Of a stretch of 64,000 nucleotides of DNA, positions 38,021 to 48,256 are shown in pieces. The notes beneath the pieces were generated by a model. It made no database searches. It was not told where the DNA came from and saw nothing but the letters and a program-made list of their open reading frames with translations. How positions within the stretch are numbered: the stretch's first letter is position 1; every line of letters begins with the position of its first letter. Both the position numbers and the translations under genes were made by a program. This DNA is from Peptococcaceae bacterium UBA7702 (GTDB taxonomy: Bacteria > Bacillota > Dehalobacteriia > UBA7702), in contig DLGE01000008.1 in the NCBI GenBank assembly GCA_002482535.1, forward strand, positions 15,157 to 79,156, read 5' to 3'.

Positions 38021-38644
38021 CTATTTATCAATGATGACATCTTGATAATGTTTTGTCATCATCGCGTAAAGTTCATCGTCGCGTCCCTCTTTTACAATGG
38101 CAAGAATTTCCCGATGTTCCTTTCTGCTTTTGATCTTTTGCTTTTCATATTGGATATGGAAACCGAGGTACATCAGATCATCGTAATATTCGTAATCGCG
38201 TTCGGCGTTGCGGGTCAGAAAAACATTTCCGGTGCAACGGACAAAAGCGGTATCAAAGGGCAATTTCTCCCGCAAAGGTTGGGGGACATTGTCGCCGCGG
38301 CTTTCCTGCAGTGCCAGAATACTTTCCAATTCTTTGATGAGTTTCTCTCTCAAACCCATCTCCAAACAGAGTTGGTAACCGGTGCAGATTTGAATCACAA
38401 GTGCCTTTTCCAGCATACTGCGTTCTTCTTCCGGAATTTTGTGGACAAACATTTTGTTGCCGACCTTGTCGATAAAACCGGAATGAATCATCAGGTTAAC
38501 AGCATCACGAACAGGGGTGATGCTTACGCCAAAGGCATCCGCGATTTGATTCAGGTTCAACTGCTGTCCCTGCTTCAAGATACCTTGGGCAATCTGCTCC
38601 TTTAAATAGTTGCAGATTTGTTCGTTGGTAGATTGAATTTTCAT
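38021..38644 (-). CDS. GntR-family (FadR/FCD-type) transcriptional regulator
   Basis: wHTH LNLNQIADAFGVSITPVRDAVNLM. ATG lies 9 nt after GGAGAG. Confidence 0.75.
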   Translation of the reverse strand: MKIQSTNEQICNYLKEQIAQGILKQGQQLNLNQIADAFGVSITPVRDAVNLMIHSGFIDKVGNKMFVHKIPEEERSMLEKALVIQICTGYQLCLEMGLREKLIKELESILALQESRGDNVPQPLREKLPFDTAFVRCTGNVFLTRNAERDYEYYDDLMYLGFHIQYEKQKIKSRKEHREILAIVKEGRDDELYAMMTKHYQDVIIDK

Positions 38645-38956
38645 GCACACGTACTCTCCATTTTTGTGATACTTTCATCATCCATAATACTTTCATAACA
38701 TACTTTCATTGTATAATATTATATAATATATTATTATATAATATAAATTTATCATATTTTAACTCAAAATAAACGAGATTGCAATAGCTTTTTACAAAAT
38801 TCGCAAAATATTATGAAATAACAAAAAAATTCGCTTTTTTTGCGGGGAAAGTAAGGTTACGCATAAAGAGAGCATACGTTAATAAGCGCTCTCTTTGATT
38901 TTATAAAGAGAGCGCTTCAACGGTTTCTATTTTGCGTTTGATAAGATTTTCGCCGG

Positions 38957-40336
38957 TCAGTTATTCAAGCTTTTGATGGGGGCGGGGATACGGCCGCCGC
39001 GTTTGACGAAGAGATCCGCTTTGTTTTTGTTTACTGGCATCACGGGGCCGGCGCCCAAAAGGCCACCGAATTCCACGGTGTCGCCTTCTTTTTTGCCCGC
39101 CGCGGGAATGATGCGGACGGCGGTGGTTTTGTTGTTGATCATGCCGATGGCGGCTTCGTCGGCGATTATTGCGGCAATGGTCTCGGCGCTGGTGTCTCCG
39201 GGAACGGTGATCATGTCAAGGCCCACGGAGCAGACGGCGGTCATCGCTTCCAATTTTTCCAGGCAGAGGGCATGATCCCGGACAGCCCGGATCATGCCGG
39301 CATCTTCGCTGACAGGGATAAAAGCGCCGCTCAAGCCGCCCACGTGAGAGGAGGCCATGGCGCCGCCTTTTTTCACTGCGTCGTTGAGCAGGGCCAAAGC
39401 CGCCGTGGTACCGGGGCCGCCGCAGCGTTCTAAACCGACGGCTTCTAAAATATTAGCGACGCTGTCTCCCACCGCCGGTGTGGGGGCCAAGGAGAGATCC
39501 ACGATGCCGAAGGTGGCGTTCAGCCGTTTCGAGGCTTCCCGGGCCACCAGTTCACCGGCGCGGGTGATTTTAAAGGCCGTCTTTTTAATGATTTCGGCGA
39601 TTTCGCTGATATTGAGTTCGGGATGATCCTTAATGGCGCTTAAAACCACGCCGGGGCCGCTGACGCCGGTATTGATCACGACCTCGGGTTCACCGACGCC
39701 GTGGAATGCTCCGGCCATAAAGGGATTATCCTCGGGAACATTGCAGAAGACCACTAATTTCGCGCAGCCGAGGCTGCCGCTTTCTTTGGTCAGCTTCGCC
39801 GTTTCTTTGATGATTTTGCCCATGGCGTAAACGGCGTCCATATTGATGCCGGCTTTGGTGGTGCCGATATTGACGGAAGAACAAACCCGTTCCGTTTCCG
39901 CCAAAGCTTGGGGAATGCTTTTGATCAGTTTTTCATCGCTTTCCGTCATTCCCTTATGAACCAGGGCGGAAAACCCGCCCAAGAAATTGACGCCGACTGC
40001 TTTGGCGGCGCGGTCTAAGGCTTTGGCAAAGACGGTGTAATCCTCGGTGGCGGAGGCTGCCGCCACCAGGGCGATGGGGGTTACGGAAATCCTTTTGTTG
40101 ACAATGGGGATGCCGAAGTCACGGCTGATGTCTTCCCCGGTTTTTACTAAGTCTTCCGCTTTCAGGCATATTTTATCGTAGATTTTGGCTGCCGCTTTTT
40201 CCGCGCTTTCGTTGGCGCAGTCCAAAAGGCTGATGCCCATGGTGATGGTGCGAACGTCGAGATTCTCATCGGCAACCATTTGGATGGTCTCCATGATTTC
40301 CCGGTAATCAAAATGACTTCTCATGGCGTACCTCAA
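38957..40336 (-). CDS. UPF0210 / DUF711 family protein
   Basis: N-terminus [27 protein letters not shown] is typical of the family. It is paired with the UPF0237 ACT protein, and its start overlaps that gene's stop. Confidence 0.7.
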   Translation of the reverse strand: MRYAMRSHFDYREIMETIQMVADENLDVRTITMGISLLDCANESAEKAAAKIYDKICLKAEDLVKTGEDISRDFGIPIVNKRISVTPIALVAAASATEDYTVFAKALDRAAKAVGVNFLGGFSALVHKGMTESDEKLIKSIPQALAETERVCSSVNIGTTKAGINMDAVYAMGKIIKETAKLTKESGSLGCAKLVVFCNVPEDNPFMAGAFHGVGEPEVVINTGVSGPGVVLSAIKDHPELNISEIAEIIKKTAFKITRAGELVAREASKRLNATFGIVDLSLAPTPAVGDSVANILEAVGLERCGGPGTTAALALLNDAVKKGGAMASSHVGGLSGAFIPVSEDAGMIRAVRDHALCLEKLEAMTAVCSVGLDMITVPGDTSAETIAAIIADEAAIGMINNKTTAVRIIPAAGKKEGDTVEFGGLLGAGPVMPVNKNKADLFVKRGGRIPAPIKSLNN

Positions 40337-40605
40337 ATCCTGTGCATATAAGTGAAGATTTCTTCCTTCTGGGCTAAGATCTTCATGCCGAGCTCTTCAC
40401 CTACGGCGTCAAGTTTCTCTTGCAGAACGTCGAAGGCCACGTTGGCGGCGGTGATGTCGCAGAGCATGACCATGGTGAAAATGTCCTGGAGCAGCGTTTG
40501 GTTGATATCCAAAATATTGACGTTGGTATCCGCCAAAACAGCGGTTATTTTGGCGGTGATGCCTACTTGATCGTGGCCCACCACGGTGATGATGATTCTC
40601 TTCAT
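40333..40605 (-). CDS. ACT-domain protein (UPF0237 family)
   Basis: About 90 aa, [35 protein letters not shown]. It starts 24 nt after the ileS stop. Confidence 0.7.
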   Translation of the reverse strand: MKRIIITVVGHDQVGITAKITAVLADTNVNILDINQTLLQDIFTMVMLCDITAANVAFDVLQEKLDAVGEELGMKILAQKEEIFTYMHRI

Positions 40606-40629
40606 AAACAATCTCCTTATAGAATCCCC

Positions 40630-43383
40630 TTATTCCCCGGCGATCTCGCTGAGATCCATATCTTTGATCACCTCGCTGCATCTGACGCAGAGCCCGTCGG
40701 CGTCTAAATCTTCCCTGTATTTCCAGCAGCGGCTGCATTTTTCGCCTTTGGCGGCGGTCACTTCCACTTTAATCTCAGCATCGGCGCTTTCTTTGATGAC
40801 GGCTTCGGAAACAATGCAAATATCGGCAAATTCCTCTGCCACCGACTGCAACAAAGCAAAATCTTCTTTCCCCGCGATGACGGTGACGGCGGCGTCGAGG
40901 GAGTGGCCAATCACTTTATCGCGGCGGGCCGCTTCGGCGGCCTTGGTGACCTCTTCCCTGATGGCAATTAGCCGTGCCCATTTGGCGGCCAGGGCTTCGT
41001 CATGGTAAGAGGCGCTGATTTGCGGCAGATCGAGGAGCTGTACGCTCAGGGGTTCCCCTTCCGTTCTGATATAGGACCAAATTTCTTCGGTGGTGAAGGA
41101 GAGGATCGGCATCATCAGGCGGACGAGGGCCTGGAGGGCTTCGTAAAGCACGGTTTGCGCCGCTTTTCTGTCCTCGTCGTCCTTGGCGGATACGTAGAGG
41201 CGGTCTTTGATGATATCGAGATAGAAGGCGCTCATATCGACGACACAGAAATGGTGCAGCAGATGAAATACGCTATGGAATTCATAGTTTTCATAGGCTT
41301 CCACGGTTTTTGTGTTGAGTTCCTCTAAAAGATGCAGGGCGTAACGGTCGATTTCTTTCATGGCGGTGTAAGGAACTTTTTCCGTTTTGGCGTCAAAATC
41401 GTAGAGGTTCCCCATGAGGAAGCGCATCGTATTGCGGAGCTTGCGATAGGCTTCGCTGACTTGCTTTAAAATCCCATCGGAACAGGCCAGATCATTCCGG
41501 TAATCGGCGGAACTGACCCAAAGGCGCAGCACATCGGCGCCCATCTTTTCAATGACTTTCAGGGGATCTACGGTATTGCCCAAGGATTTTGACTGTTTAT
41601 GCCCCTTTTCATCGACGAGAAAACCGTGGGTTAAAACGCCTTTGTAGGGCGCTTTGCCCCGGGTAGCCACGGAAATGGAAAGGGAGGAGTTGAACCAGCC
41701 GCGATGTTGGTCGCTGCCTTCCAAATAGAGATCGATATCGCCTTTGATGTCGGGGTTGTTTTCAATCACCGCGGCAAAGGAGGAGCCGCTGTCGAACCAA
41801 ACGTCCATGATGTCTTTTTCTTTATCGAAGGTATTGCAACCGCAATCGCAGGTAAAACCGGCGGGGAGCAGATCTTTGGCTTCCTTCGCGAACCAGACCT
41901 GGGAGCCGCCTTCCTCCCGGAATAATTTTTGTAGGTGACGAATGGTGATTTCGTTGATGATCGCTTTGCCGCAGTCTTTGCAGTAAAAGATCGGAATCGG
42001 CACGCCCCAAGTGCGTTGCCGGGAGATGCACCAATCGCCGCGGTCGCGGATCATGTTGTAGATACGGTCTCTGCCCCAAGAGGGGATCCAGCGTACTTTA
42101 TCGATTTCCGCCAAAGCCTTTTGCCGAAAACCGTCGATGGAAGCAAACCACTGTTCTGTGGCACGGAAAAGAATCGGTTCTTTGCAGCGCCAGCAATGGG
42201 GATACTGGTGTTTGATGAAGATCAGTTTGATTAGTTTGCCGCTGTCCTCCAATGTCTTCACCACGGCTTTGTTGCCTTCATTGGTGGAAAGACCCTGGAA
42301 TTCCCGGGCTTCGGCGGTGAAACGGCCGCTGTTATCAAGGGGAGAGATCACGGGCAGATCGTATTTTTTGCCCACCATAAAGTCGTCGGCGCCGTGGCCG
42401 GGAGCGGTATGCACCGCGCCGGTACCGGCTTCGTCGGTGACGTGATCGCCTAAGATGACGAGACTTTCCCTGTCTGCCCAAAGCGGATGATAACAGGTGA
42501 TCTTTTCCAGATCAGCGCCGCTGTATTCTTCCAGGATTTCGTAATCGGTGATGCCGGTATCCTTCAGGAAGAGTTGCAGCAGTGGTTTGCCGACAATCCA
42601 GGATTCTCCGTTGACTTTTAGGAGACAATAGGTAAAGTTGGTGTTTAAGCAAATGGCCACATTGGCCGGAATCGTCCAGGGCGTGGTGGTCCAAATCACG
42701 AAGCAGGCGTCTTGGGGTACTTTGCCTTTGGTATCTTTGACGGAGAATTTCACATAGATGGAAGGGCTCTTATGGTCGGCGTATTCCACTTCCGCTTCGG
42801 CCAAAGCCGTTTCGCAGTCAGGGCACCAGTAAACGGGTTTCAATCCTTTATAGATGTAACCCTTTTGGGCCATTTCACCGAAAATGCCGATCTGGACGGC
42901 TTCATATTCCGGTTTTAACGTAATATAAGGATGATCCCAGTCGCCGCGCACGCCGAGACGTTTGAATTCCTCCCGCTGAATGTCCACGAACTGGAGGGCG
43001 AATTCCTTGCATTTATCGCGGAATTCGGTGACGTGAGTCTGTTTTCTGTTGAGTCCCAACGCTTTGATGGCCCGCTGTTCAATGGGGAGACCGTGGGTAT
43101 CCCAGCCGGGAATATAGGGACACTGATACCCCGCCATGGTGTGGTATTTGATGATGATATCCTTTAAAACTTTGTTTAAAGCATGTCCCAAATGGATGTC
43201 GCCGTTGGCATAAGGCGGGCCGTCGTGGAGAATGTACGTCGGCTGTCCTTCCCGCAGTGCCAGTGATTGATGGTAGATATCATCCTTTTCCCATTGGGCC
43301 AGGATACCCGGCTCTTTTTGGGGCAGGTTGCCTCTCATGGGAAAATCCGTTTCCGGTAAGTTCAGCGTTTTGCCATAGTCCAT
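40630..43383 (-). CDS. ileS: isoleucine--tRNA ligase
   Basis: Motifs HLGH (GDIHLGHALNK) and KQSKS (KMSKS-type), and a C-terminal zinc finger CSRCWKY..CVRC. Confidence 0.9.
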   Translation of the reverse strand: MDYGKTLNLPETDFPMRGNLPQKEPGILAQWEKDDIYHQSLALREGQPTYILHDGPPYANGDIHLGHALNKVLKDIIIKYHTMAGYQCPYIPGWDTHGLPIEQRAIKALGLNRKQTHVTEFRDKCKEFALQFVDIQREEFKRLGVRGDWDHPYITLKPEYEAVQIGIFGEMAQKGYIYKGLKPVYWCPDCETALAEAEVEYADHKSPSIYVKFSVKDTKGKVPQDACFVIWTTTPWTIPANVAICLNTNFTYCLLKVNGESWIVGKPLLQLFLKDTGITDYEILEEYSGADLEKITCYHPLWADRESLVILGDHVTDEAGTGAVHTAPGHGADDFMVGKKYDLPVISPLDNSGRFTAEAREFQGLSTNEGNKAVVKTLEDSGKLIKLIFIKHQYPHCWRCKEPILFRATEQWFASIDGFRQKALAEIDKVRWIPSWGRDRIYNMIRDRGDWCISRQRTWGVPIPIFYCKDCGKAIINEITIRHLQKLFREEGGSQVWFAKEAKDLLPAGFTCDCGCNTFDKEKDIMDVWFDSGSSFAAVIENNPDIKGDIDLYLEGSDQHRGWFNSSLSISVATRGKAPYKGVLTHGFLVDEKGHKQSKSLGNTVDPLKVIEKMGADVLRLWVSSADYRNDLACSDGILKQVSEAYRKLRNTMRFLMGNLYDFDAKTEKVPYTAMKEIDRYALHLLEELNTKTVEAYENYEFHSVFHLLHHFCVVDMSAFYLDIIKDRLYVSAKDDEDRKAAQTVLYEALQALVRLMMPILSFTTEEIWSYIRTEGEPLSVQLLDLPQISASYHDEALAAKWARLIAIREEVTKAAEAARRDKVIGHSLDAAVTVIAGKEDFALLQSVAEEFADICIVSEAVIKESADAEIKVEVTAAKGEKCSRCWKYREDLDADGLCVRCSEVIKDMDLSEIAGE

Positions 43384-43444
43384 TGTGAAAATCTCCTTTA
43401 AGGATCAATAAATTTACTTTACTATTATTTGAACGTTAAACTTT

Positions 43445-43473
43445 ATTTTATAATGTAAGGTGGGGTTTGTCAA
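43445..43473 (-). promoter_or_regulatory. sigma-A-like promoter of ileS
   Basis: Minus strand: TTGACA, 17-nt spacer, TAAAAT. This leaves a leader of only about 60 nt. Confidence 0.5.
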
Positions 43474-43678
43474 CCTTTCATCGCTGTTGATCTGCGGTAT
43501 TTCCCGTTTTTTCAGACGAAAAAAGAGTTGTTTGCCCCCATCCGTTTTTGATGGCGTCTTTGGCGTTGAAAAAAATTGCTTCTCTTGTGTTGATTCGGGG
43601 ATTTTTTTTGAATGAGACTCCTCATTCTGTCATTCATGTGGTAGAATAACAATGAATCCCTGGGAAAGGAATTCGTTT

Positions 43679-44686
43679 ATGTCAAAACACATTCTTTTTA
43701 TCGAAACCGGCGGCACCTTTGCCTGTGAGACGAAGGCGGCGGGTGTGAGAGATCTCGGCGATCATTCCGTCCTCGATTTTGCCGTTGTCAGAGACAGGAT
43801 CAACGGCACCAACCTGGATATTTCCGTGAAACAGCCCTTTCGCGTTTTAAGTGAAAACATGACCCTGGAACGTCTGGAAGAGTGGCTGCTGTTTTTGAAA
43901 ACCGTCGATTTTGCCGCCTATGACGGCGTCGTGATCGCCCACGGCACCGATACCTTGGCTTATACGGTGAACCTTACTGCTTTTGCCCTGGGCAAGCAGG
44001 ATATTCCCCTTGTTTTTATTGCCGCCGACCGGCCCCTGTTCCAGGCGGAATCCAACGGTACGGTGAATTTCCTCGCGGCCCTCGATTTTATGGAGGCCGG
44101 GGAAACCGGGGTGTTTGCCCTTTTCCGCAATGAGGACGGGCGTATCCTCGTCCACCGCGGCGGCCGTTTACGGCAAATGAATGATATTGAGACCTCTTTT
44201 TACAGCCATCGCGGCGTATTTTTTGGAGAGCTGCGGGACGGGCATTTCTTTTATCATGAGCATCGGCTGAATCTGCGTTTTCAAAAAGCGGCCTTGCCTT
44301 ATGACGGTGTCTCCCTGCGCCGTGGTATTTTGCGAATTTTCCCCTATCCCGGGTTGCAATACAGCGCTTTCAATCTCTTGGGCGTTGATGCTGTTTTGCT
44401 GGATACCTACCATTCCGCAACATTCTGCACGGCGGGAGATACGGAAAATCTGAATGATCTGTTAACGCTTTTGCCGTTGAGTACTCCTATTTTTATCGTT
44501 GGCGGCGTGGATGGCGAAGAGCGCTATGCCGCAGTGTTAAGAGAGCGGGAAAACCTCTATTTTGTCACCGATGTAGCGCCGGAAGCTTTTTATATGAAGG
44601 CGCTGTTATCCTTCGGCGACCGGGAAACGGCGGCGGCCACCGCGTATCTTTTAGAAAATAGCATCGGGGAAAAGGTCTCCTCTTGA
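43679..44686 (+). CDS. L-asparaginase-family protein (type I-like)
   Basis: N-terminal ILFIETGGTFA (TGGT motif) and HGTDTLAYT. Confidence 0.65.
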   Translation: MSKHILFIETGGTFACETKAAGVRDLGDHSVLDFAVVRDRINGTNLDISVKQPFRVLSENMTLERLEEWLLFLKTVDFAAYDGVVIAHGTDTLAYTVNLTAFALGKQDIPLVFIAADRPLFQAESNGTVNFLAALDFMEAGETGVFALFRNEDGRILVHRGGRLRQMNDIETSFYSHRGVFFGELRDGHFFYHEHRLNLRFQKAALPYDGVSLRRGILRIFPYPGLQYSAFNLLGVDAVLLDTYHSATFCTAGDTENLNDLLTLLPLSTPIFIVGGVDGEERYAAVLRERENLYFVTDVAPEAFYMKALLSFGDRETAAATAYLLENSIGEKVSS

Positions 44687-44740
44687 CTTTTTCTTTGTTT
44701 TGAGGCAGAATTGCCTTGTATTACGAAAGGAAGAATCAAC

Positions 44741-45625
44741 ATGAAAAAGATATCTTTGCTGTTATTGGTAGGGCTGGCGTTGATGACGCTGGTTTTCGTG
44801 TCCGCCTGCCACGGCGACTCCGGCGTGGTTCAGGAGGAAGAGGAAAGCCTCAACCTCGGTGATACGTTGAGAGTCGGCATGGACTGCGACTATCCGCCCT
44901 ATAATTGGGCCCAGGAAGACGACAGCAACGGCGCTGTGGCCATCAGCAACGAAAGCGGCTTTGCCAACGGTTACGATGTCCAAATGGCCCTATTGATTGG
45001 CAAAGCTCTGGACATTGACGTGGAAATCGTCAAGATCGAACGGGGTAAACTCATCGCCGCCCTGGAAGACGGTGATATCGATGTGATGATCGCCGGTGTC
45101 AATCCTTTGGAATCGAGAGCGGATAAAATTGATTTTACGGAAAGCTATTATGACAGTGAATACGTGGTTGTGGTGATGAAGGACGGCGATTATGCCGCTG
45201 CTACCGCCATCGACGATTTTGAAAACGCCCGTCTCACGGCGGAGACAGGGTCCTATATCTATGATTCCCTGCTGTCCCAGATGGAGGGCGTGGATATCGC
45301 GGATTCCCTAACCTATCATATGGACATGCGGGTAGCCTTGGCTCATAACGTCATCGACGGTTACGTGACCAGCCTCGCCGAAGGAATGTCCGCCACCAAA
45401 GCCCACAGCGATTTTGCCATGGTGACTTTTAACGACGGCGCGGGATTTGAAACCGATGATGAATACGCCACCGTCGCCATGGGCGTGGCCAAAGGCCGGG
45501 GGATTTTGGTAGAAACCTTAAACGATATTCTTGATGATATCTCTGTTTCCGATCGCAATGCGCTGATGATCGACGCCATCTATCATCAGCCCGATGAAGA
45601 GGAGGAAGTGGAGGAAGAGGTATAA
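44741..45625 (+). CDS. amino-acid ABC-type substrate-binding lipoprotein (family 3 SBP), orphan
   Basis: Lipobox VFVSAC. SBP_bac_3-like YPPYNW..GYDVQMA. Acidic tail EEEEVEEEV. No permease or ATPase gene is adjacent. Confidence 0.65.
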   Translation: MKKISLLLLVGLALMTLVFVSACHGDSGVVQEEEESLNLGDTLRVGMDCDYPPYNWAQEDDSNGAVAISNESGFANGYDVQMALLIGKALDIDVEIVKIERGKLIAALEDGDIDVMIAGVNPLESRADKIDFTESYYDSEYVVVVMKDGDYAAATAIDDFENARLTAETGSYIYDSLLSQMEGVDIADSLTYHMDMRVALAHNVIDGYVTSLAEGMSATKAHSDFAMVTFNDGAGFETDDEYATVAMGVAKGRGILVETLNDILDDISVSDRNALMIDAIYHQPDEEEEVEEEV

Positions 45626-45642
45626 TAAGGTATAAAATAAGG

Positions 45643-45669
45643 AAAAACCCAGGCCAAACCTGGGCTTTT
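45643..45669 (+). terminator. intrinsic terminator (modest)
   Basis: CCCAGG/CCTGGG stem followed by CTTTTCCTTT. Confidence 0.45.
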
Positions 45670-45733
45670 CCTTTCCTATGACGCAAGGGGAGGGAGACGT
45701 TTCACGATTTCATGATCGGAAGGGGTACAAGCC

Positions 45734-47020
45734 ATGCTTTTTCATAACATTGCGATATATCGGGAAAATAATACCGTAGCTCAAAATCAATTTGTCGGCG
45801 TAGAAGGCGCCTATATCCGTTATGTGGGAGACACGCCGCCAAAAAAAGATTTCGGCCCTTTGATTGACGGCAAAGACAAATTGTTGCTGCCGGCTTTCTA
45901 TAATGCCCACGCCCATACGCCGATGACGATTTTGCGGGGTTACGGCGAAAATATGGCCTTGTCCGACTGGCTCACCAAAAAAATCTTTCCCTTTGAAGCG
46001 AAGCTGACTCCGGAAATGGTTCGTAACAGCACTCTTTTGGGCATCGCGGAAATGTTCCGTGGCGGCGTTGTTGCCGCCACCGATATGTATTTTTTCGGCG
46101 AGGCCATCATGGAAGCCTTTGCCGAGAGCGGTGCGAAGCTCAATCTTTCCCTGGGTACCGTCTGCTTTGACCAACGGGGTTTTTATGAATTACCGGATTA
46201 TCAGGAAAACGAGTATCTTTTCCGGCAATGGCACGGCGCCGCCGACGGCCGCCTGCTGGTGGATATGAGCATCCACGGAGAGTATACTTCTTCTGCCAAA
46301 GTCGTGGCGGAAGTCGCGTCCTACGCCAAGGAGAAAAACTGCCGCATGCAGCTGCATCTTTCCGAAACCAAAAAGGAACATGAGGAATGCATCGGCCGAC
46401 ATGGCAAAACGCCGGCCCGCTACTTTTATGATCACGGTCTTTTTGACGTCCCTACTACGGCCGCCCATTGCGTTTGGCTCAGCGAGGAGGATATGACGCT
46501 GCTGGCGGAAAAGGACGTCACCGTCGCCACCTGCCCTGTGAGTAATATGAAGCTGGCCAGCGGCATTGCCGATCTCCCCGCCATGCTGAAGAAAAAGCTT
46601 CAAATCGCCCTCGGCACCGATGGCGCTTCCAGCAACAACAGCCTTAGTATGTTCGACGACATGAAATCCCTCGCCCTGGTGCAGCGGGTAGGATCCGGTG
46701 ATCCCGCCGCTCTCGCCCCCGAGGAGGTGCTGTCTTTTGCCACGGTGAACGGTGCGCGTTCTCAAGGCAGATCCGATTGCGGCTTGATCAAAGAAGGTTG
46801 CCGTGCGGACCTTACGCTGATCAATACCGCCTCCCTCCATTTTTATCCCCGGCAGCAGCTGATCAATCACCTGATTTACGCCGCCGACAACAGTGATGTG
46901 GTGATGACCGTTGTGGACGGTAAAATCGTCTACGATCACGGTGATTTTCCCACCATCGACACGGAAAAAGTGATGTTTCAGGTGGAAAGAGATTTTGACG
47001 CGGTACTCAAGGCCCTTTGA
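45734..47020 (+). CDS. mtaD: amidohydrolase, 5-methylthioadenosine/S-adenosylhomocysteine deaminase-like
   Basis: Metal motif NAHAHTPMT, HLSET, and a C-terminal DLTLI..VVDGKIV pattern. Confidence 0.7.
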   Translation: MLFHNIAIYRENNTVAQNQFVGVEGAYIRYVGDTPPKKDFGPLIDGKDKLLLPAFYNAHAHTPMTILRGYGENMALSDWLTKKIFPFEAKLTPEMVRNSTLLGIAEMFRGGVVAATDMYFFGEAIMEAFAESGAKLNLSLGTVCFDQRGFYELPDYQENEYLFRQWHGAADGRLLVDMSIHGEYTSSAKVVAEVASYAKEKNCRMQLHLSETKKEHEECIGRHGKTPARYFYDHGLFDVPTTAAHCVWLSEEDMTLLAEKDVTVATCPVSNMKLASGIADLPAMLKKKLQIALGTDGASSNNSLSMFDDMKSLALVQRVGSGDPAALAPEEVLSFATVNGARSQGRSDCGLIKEGCRADLTLINTASLHFYPRQQLINHLIYAADNSDVVMTVVDGKIVYDHGDFPTIDTEKVMFQVERDFDAVLKAL

Positions 47021-47055
47021 TGTTGCCGCTCTGTTTGATTCAGAGGTGAAAAAGG

Positions 47056-47084
47056 TTGCTTTTATCGTGAAAATACGCTAAAAT
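47056..47084 (+). promoter_or_regulatory. sigma-A-like promoter
   Basis: TTGCTT, 17-nt spacer, TAAAAT. Confidence 0.45.
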
Positions 47085-47124
47085 ATTTATTTAGATTGTG
47101 AGCCAGCGAAAAGAGATAAAGCGC

Positions 47125-48237
47125 ATGAAAAAAAATGAAGAAATGCTTGAAGAATCCGTGCTGACCCCGGAAGACACCGCGCCGGACGTGGCAGTCAAAA
47201 AAGCAAAAAGTACGAAAAACGGGAAGAAAAAGAAGTCCAAAAAATCAAAAAAGAAGAAAAAACTTTTTACCGGTGTCTTTATTGTATTGCTCGTCTGTTT
47301 CGTCGTGGTTTTCGGCTGGATCGGCTATGTCAGCGCCTATATCTATCCGATGCTTTTCGGCAGCTATGGGGATGAAGACAAAGCCCCCATCACGGAAGAG
47401 CAGAAGGCCGCCTTCGAAAGCGGCCAGATCGCGGTCTTGATGATGGGCTCCGATCGCCGGGAAAATTGGAGTACAAGCCGTTCTGATACGTTGATGGTGG
47501 CCTTTGTTGATCTTGATAAAAACGAAGTGCGCTTGTTGAGTATCCCAAGGGATACTTATATCACGATTCCCACCAGCGGTGAAAAGACGAAAATTAACGC
47601 GGCCTATGCTTACGGCGGGGTCGATTTGACCAAACAAACCTTGGCGTCGAATTTCGGCATTGATATTGATTATTATCTTGACGTCGACTTTCAGGGTTTT
47701 GCCGATGTGATTGACGCCCTCGGCGGCATTACCGTCAATGTGCCCATGGATATGCATTATAGCGCCGAAGGCATCGATCTAAAAGCCGGCGTCCAGAAAC
47801 TCGACGGCAACGAAGCGCTACAGTTTGTACGTTTCCGCAGCGACGGACAGGGGGATCTCGGCCGCATCGATCGCCAGCAGGCCTTCCTGGTGGTGTTAAA
47901 AGAGGAACTGTTCAGCGCCGGCACCTTATTGAAAATTCCCGATATTTCTTCGGCGGTGATGAGCAATATGGATACCGACTTCACCGGCACACAGATGCTG
48001 CAAATATTGCTTGATTTGAAAAACGGATTCGATCTTGAAACGTATCAACCCGAAGGCCCGGCGGAATATAAAGACGGGATCAGCTACGTCTTTATCAATG
48101 ATACCGGTCAGAAACTGATCGACGCGCTGTCGTCCTTCGGTGAGATTCCCAGCGATATTCAGGCGACCACCGACAAACTTGATCTCAATGCGCAGGGAAC
48201 TTCAGCGGCGGCGGAAAATACAACAGAAGGAGAGTAA
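47125..48237 (+). CDS. LCP (LytR-CpsA-Psr) family glycopolymer ligase
   Basis: Lys-rich tail, TM helix, and SDTLMVAFVD..LSIPRDTYI..INAAYAYGG. The start is uncertain by a few codons. Confidence 0.8.
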   Translation: MKKNEEMLEESVLTPEDTAPDVAVKKAKSTKNGKKKKSKKSKKKKKLFTGVFIVLLVCFVVVFGWIGYVSAYIYPMLFGSYGDEDKAPITEEQKAAFESGQIAVLMMGSDRRENWSTSRSDTLMVAFVDLDKNEVRLLSIPRDTYITIPTSGEKTKINAAYAYGGVDLTKQTLASNFGIDIDYYLDVDFQGFADVIDALGGITVNVPMDMHYSAEGIDLKAGVQKLDGNEALQFVRFRSDGQGDLGRIDRQQAFLVVLKEELFSAGTLLKIPDISSAVMSNMDTDFTGTQMLQILLDLKNGFDLETYQPEGPAEYKDGISYVFINDTGQKLIDALSSFGEIPSDIQATTDKLDLNAQGTSAAAENTTEGE

Positions 48238-48256
48238 CTTTGTGAAGCCAGCGGAA

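Noticed and set aside
38711-38750. A 40-nt tract made only of A and T (GTATAATATTATATAATATATTATTATATAATATAAA) upstream of gntR.
   Set aside because: It is most simply a promoter or UP-element region with overlapping TATAAT-like hexamers on both strands. It is only imperfectly palindromic, so I cannot call an operator.
43384-43650. An expected T-box riboswitch upstream of ileS, and likewise upstream of gltX at 24275-24297.
   Set aside because: No T-box core or specifier architecture is visible on either strand. The ileS leader is only about 60 nt, and gltX starts 23 nt after rmuC.
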